IMG/VR virus record: IMGVR_UViG_3300023184_000024
Location: 186,001-250,000 of that record
Length of the DNA stretch: 64,000 nucleotides
Strand: one strand, 5' to 3'
The notes under the pieces were generated by a model, which saw only the letters and a program-made list of their open reading frames with translations, was not told the DNA's origin and did no database searches. This document shows, piece after piece, positions 48,935 to 59,558 of the stretch (position 1 is its first letter; each line of letters begins with the position of its first letter). A program made the translations under genes and the position numbers.

Positions 48935-51900
48935 ATGGCCGTAACACGAATTAAAAATAATCAGATCACCGATACCACAATTAATGCGGCAGCCAAACTT
49001 GCCGACTATACAGTTACTGGTGGTAAGCTAGCAAATAACATAACCTATGGTTCAGACTGGACCATATCGGGAAATTTAACCGTTAACGGTACAACCAGCA
49101 CAATTGATACCATTGACTTGATCGTTGAAGATCCGTTGATGTTGTTGGCAAAAAATCAAACAGGAACTCCTGCACTTGATATTGGTTATATTGGTAAACG
49201 TGGATCAGCTACAAACATCGCATTCGTCTGGGATGAAAGTTCACAGAGATTTGTAACTGTTTTCACAGACAGTGAAAATACTAACACAGTTATTACTATT
49301 AATAGCTACGCCAGTTTTCAAACTTTAAATCTCACAGCACAAGACGGCAATTTTTCAGGAAATATCACAGTAACCGGCACCAGCGGCTTCACAGGAAATA
49401 CCACCATTGGTAATATGAGTGTGTCGGGTAATAATAAAACAATTGACATGGGACTCAACATTGTAGGCAATGTTCTTGACCCAGTAGGTGCGCAAGACGC
49501 TGCCACAAAAAGCTATGTTGACGGCATTGTCAGCGGCGGTATTACCATTGAAGATGACACTGCCAACACAACAGCACTGGCACTTGACGGAACTCTGGTA
49601 TTAAATGGCACAGCAAATGAAGTGACAGTGACTATCAGTGCTGTTGATACAGTGACATTTGGATTGCCAGACAGTATCAGCATTTCAGGTAACGTAAGTG
49701 CTGGTAACATAAGTGCTACAAACACAATATCTGCCGGTGACATAACTTCTGGCAATATTATTCCTACTGCCAACGTAACATATAATTTAGGTAGCCCAAC
49801 AGCTCAATGGAAGAGCTTGTACATCAGTGGCAACACAATTTACATGAGAGATGTTCAGCTACAACAACCTTCTGCCAGTGCCAATACGTTACAAGTTACC
49901 ACTGCTGATGGTACAACGTTGGGTGATTTTAAAACAGGCGGACTAACAGCCACAGGAAATGCCAATGTGGGCAATTTGGGCACTGCTGGCGTAGTGACTG
50001 CAACTGGCAACGTAACGGGTGGCAATGTTGGTACAGGCGGTACTGTGACTGCAACTGGCAACGTAACGGGTGGCAATGTTGGTACAGGCGGTACTGTGAC
50101 TGCAACTGGCAACGTAACGGGCGGCAACGTCGGCACAGGCGGTACTGTGACCGCAACTGGTAATGTAACAGGTGGCAACGTAGGTACTGCTGGATCAGTG
50201 ACAGCCACAGGCAATGTTAGCGGTGGTAATATGAGCACAGGTGGTACTGTGACCGCAACTGGCAATGTAGCTGGCGGCAATTTGACCACAGCTGGAGCAA
50301 CAAGTACAGCTACATTGACAGCTACAGGAAATGCCAATGTGGGCAATTTGGGCACAGGCGGTACGGTAACAGCAACTGGCAATGTAACCGGCGGTAATAT
50401 GAGCACAGGTGGCACTGTGACAGCAACTGGCAACGTAAGCGGTGGCAATGTGACCACAGTTGGTGCTGTAACTGCAACAGGTACAGTGACTGGTGGCAAT
50501 GTAAGCACAGGCGGTACTGTAACAGCAACTGGTAATGTAAGCGGTGGCAATGTGACCACAGGTGGTGCTGTAACTGCAACTGGCACAGTAACTGGTGGCA
50601 ATTTGACCACAGCAGGATTGACCAGTACTGCCACATTATCAGCCAGTGGCAATGCCACCGTGGGCAATTTGGGTACGGGCGGTACTGTGACAGCAACTGG
50701 TAATGTAAGCGGTGGCAATATAACAACTGGCGGAGCAGTAGATGCAACTGGCACAGTAACTGGTGGCAACTTGACCACAGCAGGATTGACCAGTACTGCC
50801 ACATTATCAGCCAGTGGCAATGCTAACGTGGGTAATTTGGGCACTGCTGGTACGGTGACTGCTACAGGTAACGTTGCAGGTGGCAACATCAGCACAGGTG
50901 GCACTGTGACTGCTACAGGTAATGTTGCAGGCGGCAACGTAACCACAGGTGGTACTGTGACTGCTACCGGTACAGTGACTGGTGGTAATGTAAGCACAGG
51001 TGGTACTGTGACTGCTACAGGTAATGTAAGCGGTGGTAATTTGGCCACAGGCGGCCAGGTAACAGCAACTGGCAACATTAACGGCGGCAATGTTAATACT
51101 TCTAGTGTTAACAACACAGGCGCATTAACTATAACCACAACAACTGGTAACCTTAATTTAGAACCAACTGGCAACATCGTATTAAACAACAAGTACATTA
51201 ATGGCGTAAATCAGCCAGTGCAAGACAACGATGCGGCCAGCAAGATCTATGTTGACAACATGGTGTCAACTCAAATAGCATACCACCAAGCAGTGACAGC
51301 GGCCACAACAGGCACACTGGCTACAGCCACAGGTGGTACAGTTACATATAATAATGGAACTGCTGGTGTTAATGCTACACTGACCACAACTGGTGCATTT
51401 AATTTAATCGACACAGCCAACGTTCAAACAGTTGGCACCCGTATTCTAGTTAAAAACGAAGCCAATGCTGCCTGGAACGGGGTATACACATACGCTAATA
51501 CAACAGCCATTGTTCGTTCCACAGACACCGACGAATACGGTCCAAACAGTTCTGAAGAATTGAGTATCAATGATTACTTCTTTGTCACCGGTGGTAGCAC
51601 CAACGCTGGTAGCGCATGGATTTGTGACGCACCGACTGGTGTAATCACTTTTGGTACCAGCAACATTCAGTTCGCTCAGTTTAGTAGCAGCCAAACATAC
51701 AGTGCTGGCAATGGCGTCAGCATCAACGGAACAGTGCTTTCTGCCAAAGTTGACGAAATTACCACATCATTTGATGGACTAGGCAATATCATTGTCAAAG
51801 CATCAGCACAATTAACAACACCAAACATTGGTGCGGCAACCGGTACATCGCTGACAGTAACAAGCGGGGTCACAGCAAATACTATAAGTGCTAATTTAAC

Positions 51901-54900
51901 AGTAAGTGCCACAGGCAATGTAAGCGGTGGCAATTTGACCACTGGTGGTGCAGTAGATGCTACTGGCACCGTAACTGGTGGCAATTTAAGCACAGGTGGT
52001 ACTGTAACTGCCACAGGTAATGTAAGCGGTGGCAATGTAACCACAGGCGGCGTAGTAACAGCAACTGGTACAGTAACCGGCGGCAACTTAAGCACAGGTG
52101 GCACAGTAACTGCCACAGGTAATGTAAGTGGTGGCAATTTGACCACAGGTGGTACTGTAACTGCCACAGGTAATGTAAGTGGTGGAAATGTGACCACAGG
52201 CGGCGTGGTAACTGCAACTGGTAATGTAAGCGGTGGCAACTTGACCACAGCAGGATTGACCAGTACTGCCACATTGACAGCCAGTGGCAATGCCAATGTG
52301 GGTAATTTGGGCACTGCTGGATCAGTGACAGCAACTGGCAATGTGGCTGGCGGCAATGTGACCACAGTTGGAGCAGTAGATGCAACTGGCACAGTAACTG
52401 GTGGCAATTTGGCCACAGGTGGTACTGTAACTGCCACAGGTAACGTAAGCGGTGGCAACATCAGCACTGCTGGATCAGTGACTGCAACTGGCAATGTTGC
52501 TGGTGGAAATGTAACCACAGGTGGTACTGTGACTGCAACTGGCAATGTTGCTGGTGGAAATGTGACCACAGGTGGTACTGTGACTGCAACTGGCAACGTA
52601 AGTGGCGGCAACTTGACCACAGCTGGAACAACAAGTACTGCCACATTATCAGCCAGTGGCAATGCCAATGTGGGTAATTTAGGCACTGCTGGATCAGTGA
52701 CTGCAACTGGCAATGTAGCCGGTGGCAATATAACAACTGGCGGTGTAGTAACTGCAACTGGCACAGTAACTGGCGGCAACATCAGCACAGGTGGTACTGT
52801 AACTGCCACAGGTAACGTAAGTGGTGGCAACATCAGCACAGCCGGACAAACAAGTACTGCCACATTATCAGCCAGTGGCAATGCCAATGTGGGTAATTTA
52901 GGCACTGCTGGATCAGTGACTGCAACTGGCAATGTAGCCGGTGGCAATATAACAACTGGCGGAGCAGTAGATGCAACTGGCACAGTAACTGGTGGCAATT
53001 TGGCCACAGGTGGTACTGTAACTGCTACAGGCAACGTAAGCGGTGGCAATTTAACCACAGGTGGTGTAGTAACTGCAACCGGCACAGTAACTGGCGGCAA
53101 CATCAGCACAGGTGGTACTGTGACAGCCACAGGCAATGTAAGTGGTGGCAACGTAACCACAGGTGGTGTAGTATCTGCCACAGGCAACGTAAGCGGTGGC
53201 AATTTAACCACAGCTGGTGCAGTAGTAACGCCAACAGTTACCAGCACATCAGGGTTGTCTATCACATCTGGATCAAATGGAAACATTACTCTTGATCCAA
53301 ACGGTACTGGCGTAATTGTTCTATCTGACCAAACAGCAAATCGCATGTTGTTTACTGGCGTAAATCAAGAAATCAAAACAGATGGCAATGCAACATTTGA
53401 CGGCGCCAATTTGGTTATCAGCGGTTCAGTAACAGTTGACAATGTTCTCATCAATGGCAACGACATTAAAGGCATTGGTAATGTATTGACCATCAATGAT
53501 GGTGCCCCAAATGATATTGTATTCACAATTTTTGGCGCAAATAATTCAAATGCACTTATAGTGGATTCATCTACTACCACAGTATTAGTTCACACTGGAA
53601 CACCCACCACAGGTGCAGCATTCAAGATTGGAACTTCGGACTCAATGATGGTACCAGTTGGTAATTCTATACAGCGTCCAGCTACTGGTGTAACTGGTAT
53701 GGTGCGTTTCAACACCAGCCTTAACAACTTGGAATTCTATGACAACAATTCATGGGAATCAGCTGGTAGTCAGTTCACTGTTATCACAGCCAACACACAA
53801 ACTGGAACTGGTAGTCAAACAGCATTCACATTGCCAGCTAACAGTACCACTGCTGGTACAATTGTTGCAATCAACGGTGTGGTACAATTGCCAACATCGG
53901 CTTACAGTATTGCGGCCGATGTTTGTACATTCACTGAAGCGCCTACTGCCACTGATGTGATTGATTTTAGAATTTTAACTACTACATCAACAATTACTGG
54001 GATACTTGGCACAGCTGGAGCTTCAATAACAGCCAGCGACACAGCAGCCAACCTTAACGTCACTGGTAACTTGATTGTTGCTGCCGGCGGTGTATACTAC
54101 GGTGATGGTAGCGGATTGACCAACTTGAACGTGTCTGGAAACACAATTAGTTTTGGTAATTCCAAAGTTGATGTGGCCACCAACGGTGGTAATGTCAACA
54201 CAGTAATTTCTGGTACTACAGTACAAACTATTAGCCCAGGACTTGTCAACATCATTGGAGACTTGACTGTCAGTGGTAATGCTACACTAAGCGGTAACAT
54301 TTTGGGTGACAGAATACAAAATGGTACAACCACCATTGATATTCAAACACCTAACGGCAATGCTGACATCACAGTCGGTGGTGTAGGTGTTGCTGCGTTT
54401 GGCACAGGTGGATTAGCACTAACTGGTAACCTTGTACCAACTGCCAATGTTACATATGACTTGGGTAGTTCTATATCAGCTTGGAGAGACTTGTATTTGT
54501 CAGGCACAAGTATTAAACTTGGTGCTCAAACAATCTCATCAAATGCCACATCAGTGAGTTTTGGCTCTGCAACTGTTGCTACTACAGGCAACATTGTGGC
54601 TGCAAATATGACTGGTAACATCACATTCCCAGCAGGCAGTATAATTAACACAACTGGTAATGTAACTGGTGGTAACATTAACACAGGTGCTCAAGTAGTA
54701 GCAACTGGCAATATCACAGGTGGTAACATTACCACAGCTGGCAAACTAAGTGTAACCGGCAACGCTAACGTGGGTAACCTGGGCACATCAGGAAACATCA
54801 CTGCTTCATACTTCTTAGGTAACGGTAGTCAGCTAACAGGCATTGACGCCACAGCCATACAAAATGGCACAGCCAACGTTAGAACATTTAACAACGCTAA

Positions 54901-57900
54901 CGTAACAGTTAGCGCCGCAGGTACAGCCAACGTACTAGTTGTAACTGGTACAGGCGCTAACATTGCTGGCACATTGAATGCCACAGGCAATGCCAACGTG
55001 GGCAACATTGGTGCAACTAATGTAGTTGCTACTAACGTAGCAGGTACATTGACCACAGCCGCACAAACCAACATTACGTCAGTGGGCACATTGACAAGTT
55101 TGGCTGTAACTGGCAACGTCACAAGTGGCAATGTAAGTGGTACAGCAGGTACGTTCACCAATGTCACTGGTACATTACAGACGGCAGCACAAACCAACAT
55201 TACGTCAGTGGGCACATTGACAAGTTTGGCTGTAACCGGCAACGTCACAAGTGGCAACGTAAGTGGCACAGCAGGTACATTCACCAATGTCACTGGTACA
55301 TTACAGACCGCGGCACAAACAAACATCACTAGTGTTGGTACATTGAGTGCATTAACTGTAACTGGTAATGTAACTGGTGGTAACATTAACACAGGTGCTC
55401 AAGTAGTAGCAACTGGCAATATTACAGGTGGTAATTTGACCACAGCTGGTAATGTTTCTGGTGCTTACATCTTGGGTAACATTAGTCTAGCAACTGGTTA
55501 TAACTCAAGCAGAATCTACAACGGTACAAGTGAAGTTAACGTTGCTGCCAACGCCAATACTACAATCAAAGTAGGCGGTGATGTGGCAGCAACATTTAGC
55601 GGCTCATTGCTCGACTTGACTACTTCGCCTAATTATGCTGTTACTGCAACAGGTAATATTCGTGGTGCCAACTTAACCACAGCTGGCACAGTAACAGCCG
55701 CAACAGTTAACGCAGCCGCAATTGGTAACTCAGGTGCAACTTTAACTGGTACACTACAAACTGCGGCACAGACCAACATCACGTCAGTGGGCACATTGGG
55801 CAGTTTAAGTGTTACTGGCAACATCACAGGTGGCAACATCTTGGGTGGTGCCAATGTCAATGCCACAACTCACACAGGTACCACAGTCAATGTTACAGGT
55901 AACATTACTGGTGGTAATCTATCAGTAACCAACATTGTAGGAACGTTAACTACTGCCGCACAAACCAACATCACTTCGGTGGGTACATTAAGTAGTTTAG
56001 CAGTATCTGGTACAGGTTCATTTGGTGGTAACGTTAACTTAAATAGCTTCAATATTACTAGTCTGGCTACTCCAGTTAACTCAACTGATGCCGCAACAAA
56101 ACAATATGTTGATGATGTTTCACAAGGTTTGAACATACACGACGCTTGCGGTGCAGCCACAAACACAACGTTAGCAACAATATCAGGTGGTACGGTTACA
56201 TATAATAACGGTACAGCAGGTGTTGGAGCAACATTGACGACAACAGGAACATTTACAACTATTGACGGTGTTACATTGTCAAATGGTATGCGTATTCTTG
56301 TTAAGAACGAAGCAACTGCCGCAAATAATGGTATATATACTCGCACAAGTGCAACAGTATTGACCCGTGCCGCAGATTATAACACAGTTCCTGAAGTAGA
56401 AGCAGGCGACTTTACATTCGTAACTGCTGGAACATTGTATGATAACACTGGTTGGGTGCAAACATCTACTGTGGCAACTATTGGTACTGATGCCATTGAC
56501 TTCGCACAATTCTCTGGTGCTGGTACATACACAGCTGGTACAGGATTAACATTAACTGGTTCACAGTTTAGTATTAGTAACACTGCTGTCAGTGCTGCCA
56601 GCTATGGTAGTTCTACAGCAATCCCAACCTTCACTGTCAACCAACAAGGTCAGCTAACTGCCGCAAGTACCGCCGCAGTTGTTGCTCCAGCTGGTACATT
56701 GAGTGGTGCAACATTGGCTAGTGGTGTAACTGCAAGTAGCTTGACGTCGGTGGGCACATTGGGCTCGCTGAGTGTAACTGGTAACATCACTTCGGGTAAC
56801 ATCAGTGGTACAAATCACACTGGTACTAATGCCACATTAACTGGCACAGTAACAGCCGCAACAGTTAACGCAGCCGCAATTGGTAACTCAGGTGCAACTT
56901 TAACTGGTACACTACAAACTGCGGCACAGACCAACATCACGTCAGTGGGCACATTGACAAGTTTGGCTGTAACTGGTAATATCACAAGTGGCAACGTAAG
57001 TGGCACAGCAGGTACATTCACCAATGTCACTGGTACACTACAAACAGCAAGTCAAACCAATGTTACCGCAGTGGGCACATTGACAAGTTTGGCAGTATCT
57101 GGTAACGCAAGTTCGGCAACAGCGGCAGCAGATACAAACACAACACAGTTGGCAACAACAGCATTTGTAATTGGACAAGCCAGCGCAACAACTCCAACCA
57201 GCATTGGTACCAACACAACTGGCACAAGTTTGCGTTATGCTCGCGCAGACCACACGCACACTGGTGTTGCTAGTTTGGCCAATGGCGGCGGCATTACTGC
57301 TAGTGTGTCGAGTGGTGCAGTTACTCTAGGATCAACTGCTACCAACGCAAACACAGCAAGCGCAATTGTTGCACGTGATGCAAGTGGTAACTTTAGTGCA
57401 GGCACAATTACTGCTACTTTGAGTGGATCAGCAACAAGTGCTGGGACAGCAACTACTGCTGGCACAGTGACAACTGCGGCACAAGGTAACATTACAAGTG
57501 TTGGTACACTAACTGGATTGACATTAAGTGGAACATTAACTGGTACAACAGTCAACGCAGCCGCAATTGGTAATGCAGGTGCAACACTAACTGGCACACT
57601 ACAAACTGCCGCACAGACTAACATTACAAGTGTTGGTACACTAACTGGATTGACTGTATCAAGTACTATCAATGGTTCAATAACTGGATCGGCAGCTAGT
57701 GCTACCACAGCAGGTACAGTGACAACTGCGGCACAAGGTAACATTACAAGTGTTGGTACATTGACTGGATTGACTGTGTCAAGTACTATCAATGGTTCAA
57801 TTACTGGATCGGCAGCTAGTGCTACCACAGCAGGTACTGTGACCACAGCGGCACAAGGTAACATTACCAGCGTTGGTACACTGACTGCTCTAACAGTTAG

Positions 57901-58405
57901 TGGTGCAATTACAGTTAACTCAAGTAACGCTGTGACTGCTATTGTTAATGGCGGTTCTAACGGTGTTGGTAACATTGGTAGTGCATCGACCTACTTTAAC
58001 ACAGTGTTTGCCAAAGCAACATCGGCACAATACGCTGACTTGGCAGAGAAGTACGAAGCTGACGCAGAGTACGCACCGGGTACAGTGGTTGAGTTTGGTG
58101 GAGACAAAGAAGTTACATTGTCAGTTGAAGCAGGTTCAACTCGTGTAGCCGGTGTTGTTTCTACAAACCCAAGTTATATCATGAATGCCACACTTGAAGC
58201 TGAACACGTAGCAACGATAGCATTGCAAGGTCGTGTACCATGTCGAGTAGTTGGACCAGTGCGCAAAGGTGACATGATGGTGGCAGCCGGCAACGGTGCA
58301 GCCAAAGTAGATAATGCGGCTCGTGCAGGTACTATTATTGGTAAGGCCCTGGAAAACTTTGATGGTGCTGAAGGCACAATTGAAGTTGTAATTGGTCGGA
58401 ACTAA
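48935..58405 (+). CDS. Giant repeat-rich tail fibre/adhesin (~3156 aa) with C-terminal chaperone domain
   Basis: Start placed at ATG 48935 (GGAGA SD; TAAATA at 48898-903); 17-aa and 40/42-aa repeat arrays; C-terminal YADLAEKY...GRVPC...GKALE. Confidence 0.8.
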   Translation: MAVTRIKNNQITDTTINAAAKLADYTVTGGKLANNITYGSDWTISGNLTVNGTTSTIDTIDLIVEDPLMLLAKNQTGTPALDIGYIGKRGSATNIAFVWDESSQRFVTVFTDSENTNTVITINSYASFQTLNLTAQDGNFSGNITVTGTSGFTGNTTIGNMSVSGNNKTIDMGLNIVGNVLDPVGAQDAATKSYVDGIVSGGITIEDDTANTTALALDGTLVLNGTANEVTVTISAVDTVTFGLPDSISISGNVSAGNISATNTISAGDITSGNIIPTANVTYNLGSPTAQWKSLYISGNTIYMRDVQLQQPSASANTLQVTTADGTTLGDFKTGGLTATGNANVGNLGTAGVVTATGNVTGGNVGTGGTVTATGNVTGGNVGTGGTVTATGNVTGGNVGTGGTVTATGNVTGGNVGTAGSVTATGNVSGGNMSTGGTVTATGNVAGGNLTTAGATSTATLTATGNANVGNLGTGGTVTATGNVTGGNMSTGGTVTATGNVSGGNVTTVGAVTATGTVTGGNVSTGGTVTATGNVSGGNVTTGGAVTATGTVTGGNLTTAGLTSTATLSASGNATVGNLGTGGTVTATGNVSGGNITTGGAVDATGTVTGGNLTTAGLTSTATLSASGNANVGNLGTAGTVTATGNVAGGNISTGGTVTATGNVAGGNVTTGGTVTATGTVTGGNVSTGGTVTATGNVSGGNLATGGQVTATGNINGGNVNTSSVNNTGALTITTTTGNLNLEPTGNIVLNNKYINGVNQPVQDNDAASKIYVDNMVSTQIAYHQAVTAATTGTLATATGGTVTYNNGTAGVNATLTTTGAFNLIDTANVQTVGTRILVKNEANAAWNGVYTYANTTAIVRSTDTDEYGPNSSEELSINDYFFVTGGSTNAGSAWICDAPTGVITFGTSNIQFAQFSSSQTYSAGNGVSINGTVLSAKVDEITTSFDGLGNIIVKASAQLTTPNIGAATGTSLTVTSGVTANTISANLTVSATGNVSGGNLTTGGAVDATGTVTGGNLSTGGTVTATGNVSGGNVTTGGVVTATGTVTGGNLSTGGTVTATGNVSGGNLTTGGTVTATGNVSGGNVTTGGVVTATGNVSGGNLTTAGLTSTATLTASGNANVGNLGTAGSVTATGNVAGGNVTTVGAVDATGTVTGGNLATGGTVTATGNVSGGNISTAGSVTATGNVAGGNVTTGGTVTATGNVAGGNVTTGGTVTATGNVSGGNLTTAGTTSTATLSASGNANVGNLGTAGSVTATGNVAGGNITTGGVVTATGTVTGGNISTGGTVTATGNVSGGNISTAGQTSTATLSASGNANVGNLGTAGSVTATGNVAGGNITTGGAVDATGTVTGGNLATGGTVTATGNVSGGNLTTGGVVTATGTVTGGNISTGGTVTATGNVSGGNVTTGGVVSATGNVSGGNLTTAGAVVTPTVTSTSGLSITSGSNGNITLDPNGTGVIVLSDQTANRMLFTGVNQEIKTDGNATFDGANLVISGSVTVDNVLINGNDIKGIGNVLTINDGAPNDIVFTIFGANNSNALIVDSSTTTVLVHTGTPTTGAAFKIGTSDSMMVPVGNSIQRPATGVTGMVRFNTSLNNLEFYDNNSWESAGSQFTVITANTQTGTGSQTAFTLPANSTTAGTIVAINGVVQLPTSAYSIAADVCTFTEAPTATDVIDFRILTTTSTITGILGTAGASITASDTAANLNVTGNLIVAAGGVYYGDGSGLTNLNVSGNTISFGNSKVDVATNGGNVNTVISGTTVQTISPGLVNIIGDLTVSGNATLSGNILGDRIQNGTTTIDIQTPNGNADITVGGVGVAAFGTGGLALTGNLVPTANVTYDLGSSISAWRDLYLSGTSIKLGAQTISSNATSVSFGSATVATTGNIVAANMTGNITFPAGSIINTTGNVTGGNINTGAQVVATGNITGGNITTAGKLSVTGNANVGNLGTSGNITASYFLGNGSQLTGIDATAIQNGTANVRTFNNANVTVSAAGTANVLVVTGTGANIAGTLNATGNANVGNIGATNVVATNVAGTLTTAAQTNITSVGTLTSLAVTGNVTSGNVSGTAGTFTNVTGTLQTAAQTNITSVGTLTSLAVTGNVTSGNVSGTAGTFTNVTGTLQTAAQTNITSVGTLSALTVTGNVTGGNINTGAQVVATGNITGGNLTTAGNVSGAYILGNISLATGYNSSRIYNGTSEVNVAANANTTIKVGGDVAATFSGSLLDLTTSPNYAVTATGNIRGANLTTAGTVTAATVNAAAIGNSGATLTGTLQTAAQTNITSVGTLGSLSVTGNITGGNILGGANVNATTHTGTTVNVTGNITGGNLSVTNIVGTLTTAAQTNITSVGTLSSLAVSGTGSFGGNVNLNSFNITSLATPVNSTDAATKQYVDDVSQGLNIHDACGAATNTTLATISGGTVTYNNGTAGVGATLTTTGTFTTIDGVTLSNGMRILVKNEATAANNGIYTRTSATVLTRAADYNTVPEVEAGDFTFVTAGTLYDNTGWVQTSTVATIGTDAIDFAQFSGAGTYTAGTGLTLTGSQFSISNTAVSAASYGSSTAIPTFTVNQQGQLTAASTAAVVAPAGTLSGATLASGVTASSLTSVGTLGSLSVTGNITSGNISGTNHTGTNATLTGTVTAATVNAAAIGNSGATLTGTLQTAAQTNITSVGTLTSLAVTGNITSGNVSGTAGTFTNVTGTLQTASQTNVTAVGTLTSLAVSGNASSATAAADTNTTQLATTAFVIGQASATTPTSIGTNTTGTSLRYARADHTHTGVASLANGGGITASVSSGAVTLGSTATNANTASAIVARDASGNFSAGTITATLSGSATSAGTATTAGTVTTAAQGNITSVGTLTGLTLSGTLTGTTVNAAAIGNAGATLTGTLQTAAQTNITSVGTLTGLTVSSTINGSITGSAASATTAGTVTTAAQGNITSVGTLTGLTVSSTINGSITGSAASATTAGTVTTAAQGNITSVGTLTALTVSGAITVNSSNAVTAIVNGGSNGVGNIGSASTYFNTVFAKATSAQYADLAEKYEADAEYAPGTVVEFGGDKEVTLSVEAGSTRVAGVVSTNPSYIMNATLEAEHVATIALQGRVPCRVVGPVRKGDMMVAAGNGAAKVDNAARAGTIIGKALENFDGAEGTIEVVIGRN
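49945..51090 (+). repeat. 51-nt (17-aa) tandem repeat array 1, ATGNVxGGNxxTGGTVT
   Basis: Directly visible tandem units with interspersed 22-aa variants; boundaries approximate. Confidence 0.9.
51900..53225 (+). repeat. 51-nt (17-aa) tandem repeat array 2
   Basis: Same unit as array 1; boundaries approximate. Confidence 0.9.
55043..57900 (+). repeat. Second repeat family (TAAQTNITSVGTL) with 126-nt and 120-nt tandem units
   Basis: 126-nt period near 55043-55340; 120-nt period near 57621-57880; identical 116-nt blocks at 55683-55798 and 56841-56956. Confidence 0.85.
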
Positions 58406-58420
58406 TCGATAATTAAGCAA

Positions 58421-58449
58421 AAAGATAGGGTCTTAATGGCCCTATCTTT
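58421..58449 (+). terminator. Terminator hairpin after the giant fibre gene
   Basis: AAAGATAGGG...CCCTATCTTT perfect 10-bp stem. Confidence 0.75.
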
Positions 58450-58470
58450 CTACTAGACAAGGAACAAAGT

Positions 58471-59133
58471 ATGAAATTATTAACTAGATATCGCAAAGAC
58501 TATGACGGTGAATTTATAGTTACAAAAACTATTTTTAGAGATGGCCAAAAGATTCAGGAACGTGAGTGGATTCCTAACACTGTTACAAATCATCATACAT
58601 CGGGCAGAGCTGCCTGCATTGGATCGTTGGCCGAGGTTGACCAGTTCGATCTTAAATTAATTGAAAATCACAAAGGCGGATTATTGGGCGTCAAGAGACT
58701 ACAAACCTATACCACCGGCGACACCGTTGGATTTATGAAATATGATTTTGTTGTTTCACAAAAAGAACACGAGCTACTTAAACTCAAAGGAAGTTATTCT
58801 GCCAACAACATTGTATACACTACTCCTAATTTTTGTTTAAAGCATCCTGGTAGATTTTATATGATTCCGCATTCTCCCCAAATTGGAGACATGGCAGCCG
58901 CAGCCTATCTTGCGGCATTTGATGCACACGATGAAATATTTTTAATTGGCTATAGCAACGACTCGCCGGACTTGGTAAATTTGATACCGGAGATGAAACA
59001 AATTTTTAGAACATTTAGAAGTGCAAAATTTTATCTAATCGGAGCAGAGTCCAACATGCCCACTGAGTGGTTGGAAATGGCAAATGTCAATGTACTAAAA
59101 TATCGAGATTTTGTGACTCACTGCGATGTTTGA
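58471..59133 (+). CDS. Hypothetical protein, apparent distant paralog of 42881-43465
   Basis: RAACIGS, AAAAYLAAFDAHDEIFLIGY parallels VALAAMDKHYKIYMLGF. Confidence 0.5.
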   Translation: MKLLTRYRKDYDGEFIVTKTIFRDGQKIQEREWIPNTVTNHHTSGRAACIGSLAEVDQFDLKLIENHKGGLLGVKRLQTYTTGDTVGFMKYDFVVSQKEHELLKLKGSYSANNIVYTTPNFCLKHPGRFYMIPHSPQIGDMAAAAYLAAFDAHDEIFLIGYSNDSPDLVNLIPEMKQIFRTFRSAKFYLIGAESNMPTEWLEMANVNVLKYRDFVTHCDV

Positions 59134-59558
59134 AAATTATTGGTTATTGTTTCTACTTTTTGTAAAACTGCATCAGAATTAACCATGTTCCAAAGGCCAG
59201 GGTGCAACGGTCTTGGCCAAACTTTGGAATCAAGCCAAGCATAACCTTGGTGCTCGTAATTAAGTGTTGGCGTAAACTCGGCAGCGACACAGGCAAAAAA
59301 TGTATGGTATACAAAACTAGAGTCCTGACTAGTAAATTGTTCCAACGGCATTAACTTAATGTAGTCGGGCATACTACCCATTTCTTCGATGCATTCTCGA
59401 TTGATTGTGTCTAATAGATTTTCGTTTCGGTCGCATTTGCCACCCGGCAAACCCCAAGTGTTTGGGTTTTTACTATCTTTCCTCATCAGGTACAAACATC
59501 GCTTGGTATCTAAACTATAAAACCAAACGCCCACAGCATTTACAACACTAGGCTCCAT
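59118..59558 (-). CDS. Nudix hydrolase
   Basis: WGLPGGKCDRNENLLDTINRECIEEMG Nudix box; start uncertain (59558 or 59612). Confidence 0.85.
   Translation of the reverse strand: MEPSVVNAVGVWFYSLDTKRCLYLMRKDSKNPNTWGLPGGKCDRNENLLDTINRECIEEMGSMPDYIKLMPLEQFTSQDSSFVYHTFFACVAAEFTPTLNYEHQGYAWLDSKVWPRPLHPGLWNMVNSDAVLQKVETITNNFQTSQ

Noticed and set aside
49945-53225. CRISPR-like or guide array
   Set aside because: Units are in-frame coding repeats varying at synonymous sites; no constant repeat/unique spacer pattern and no cas genes.
49855-53346. Long antisense ORFs (447 and 556 aa) over the repeat arrays
   Set aside because: They mirror the Thr/Gly/Val/Asn codons of the fibre gene, which rarely give reverse-strand stops; no SD or promoter.
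55683-56956. Diversity-generating retroelement template/variable repeat pair
   Set aside because: Copies are identical rather than differing at adenines, both lie mid-gene, and no reverse transcriptase is in the window.
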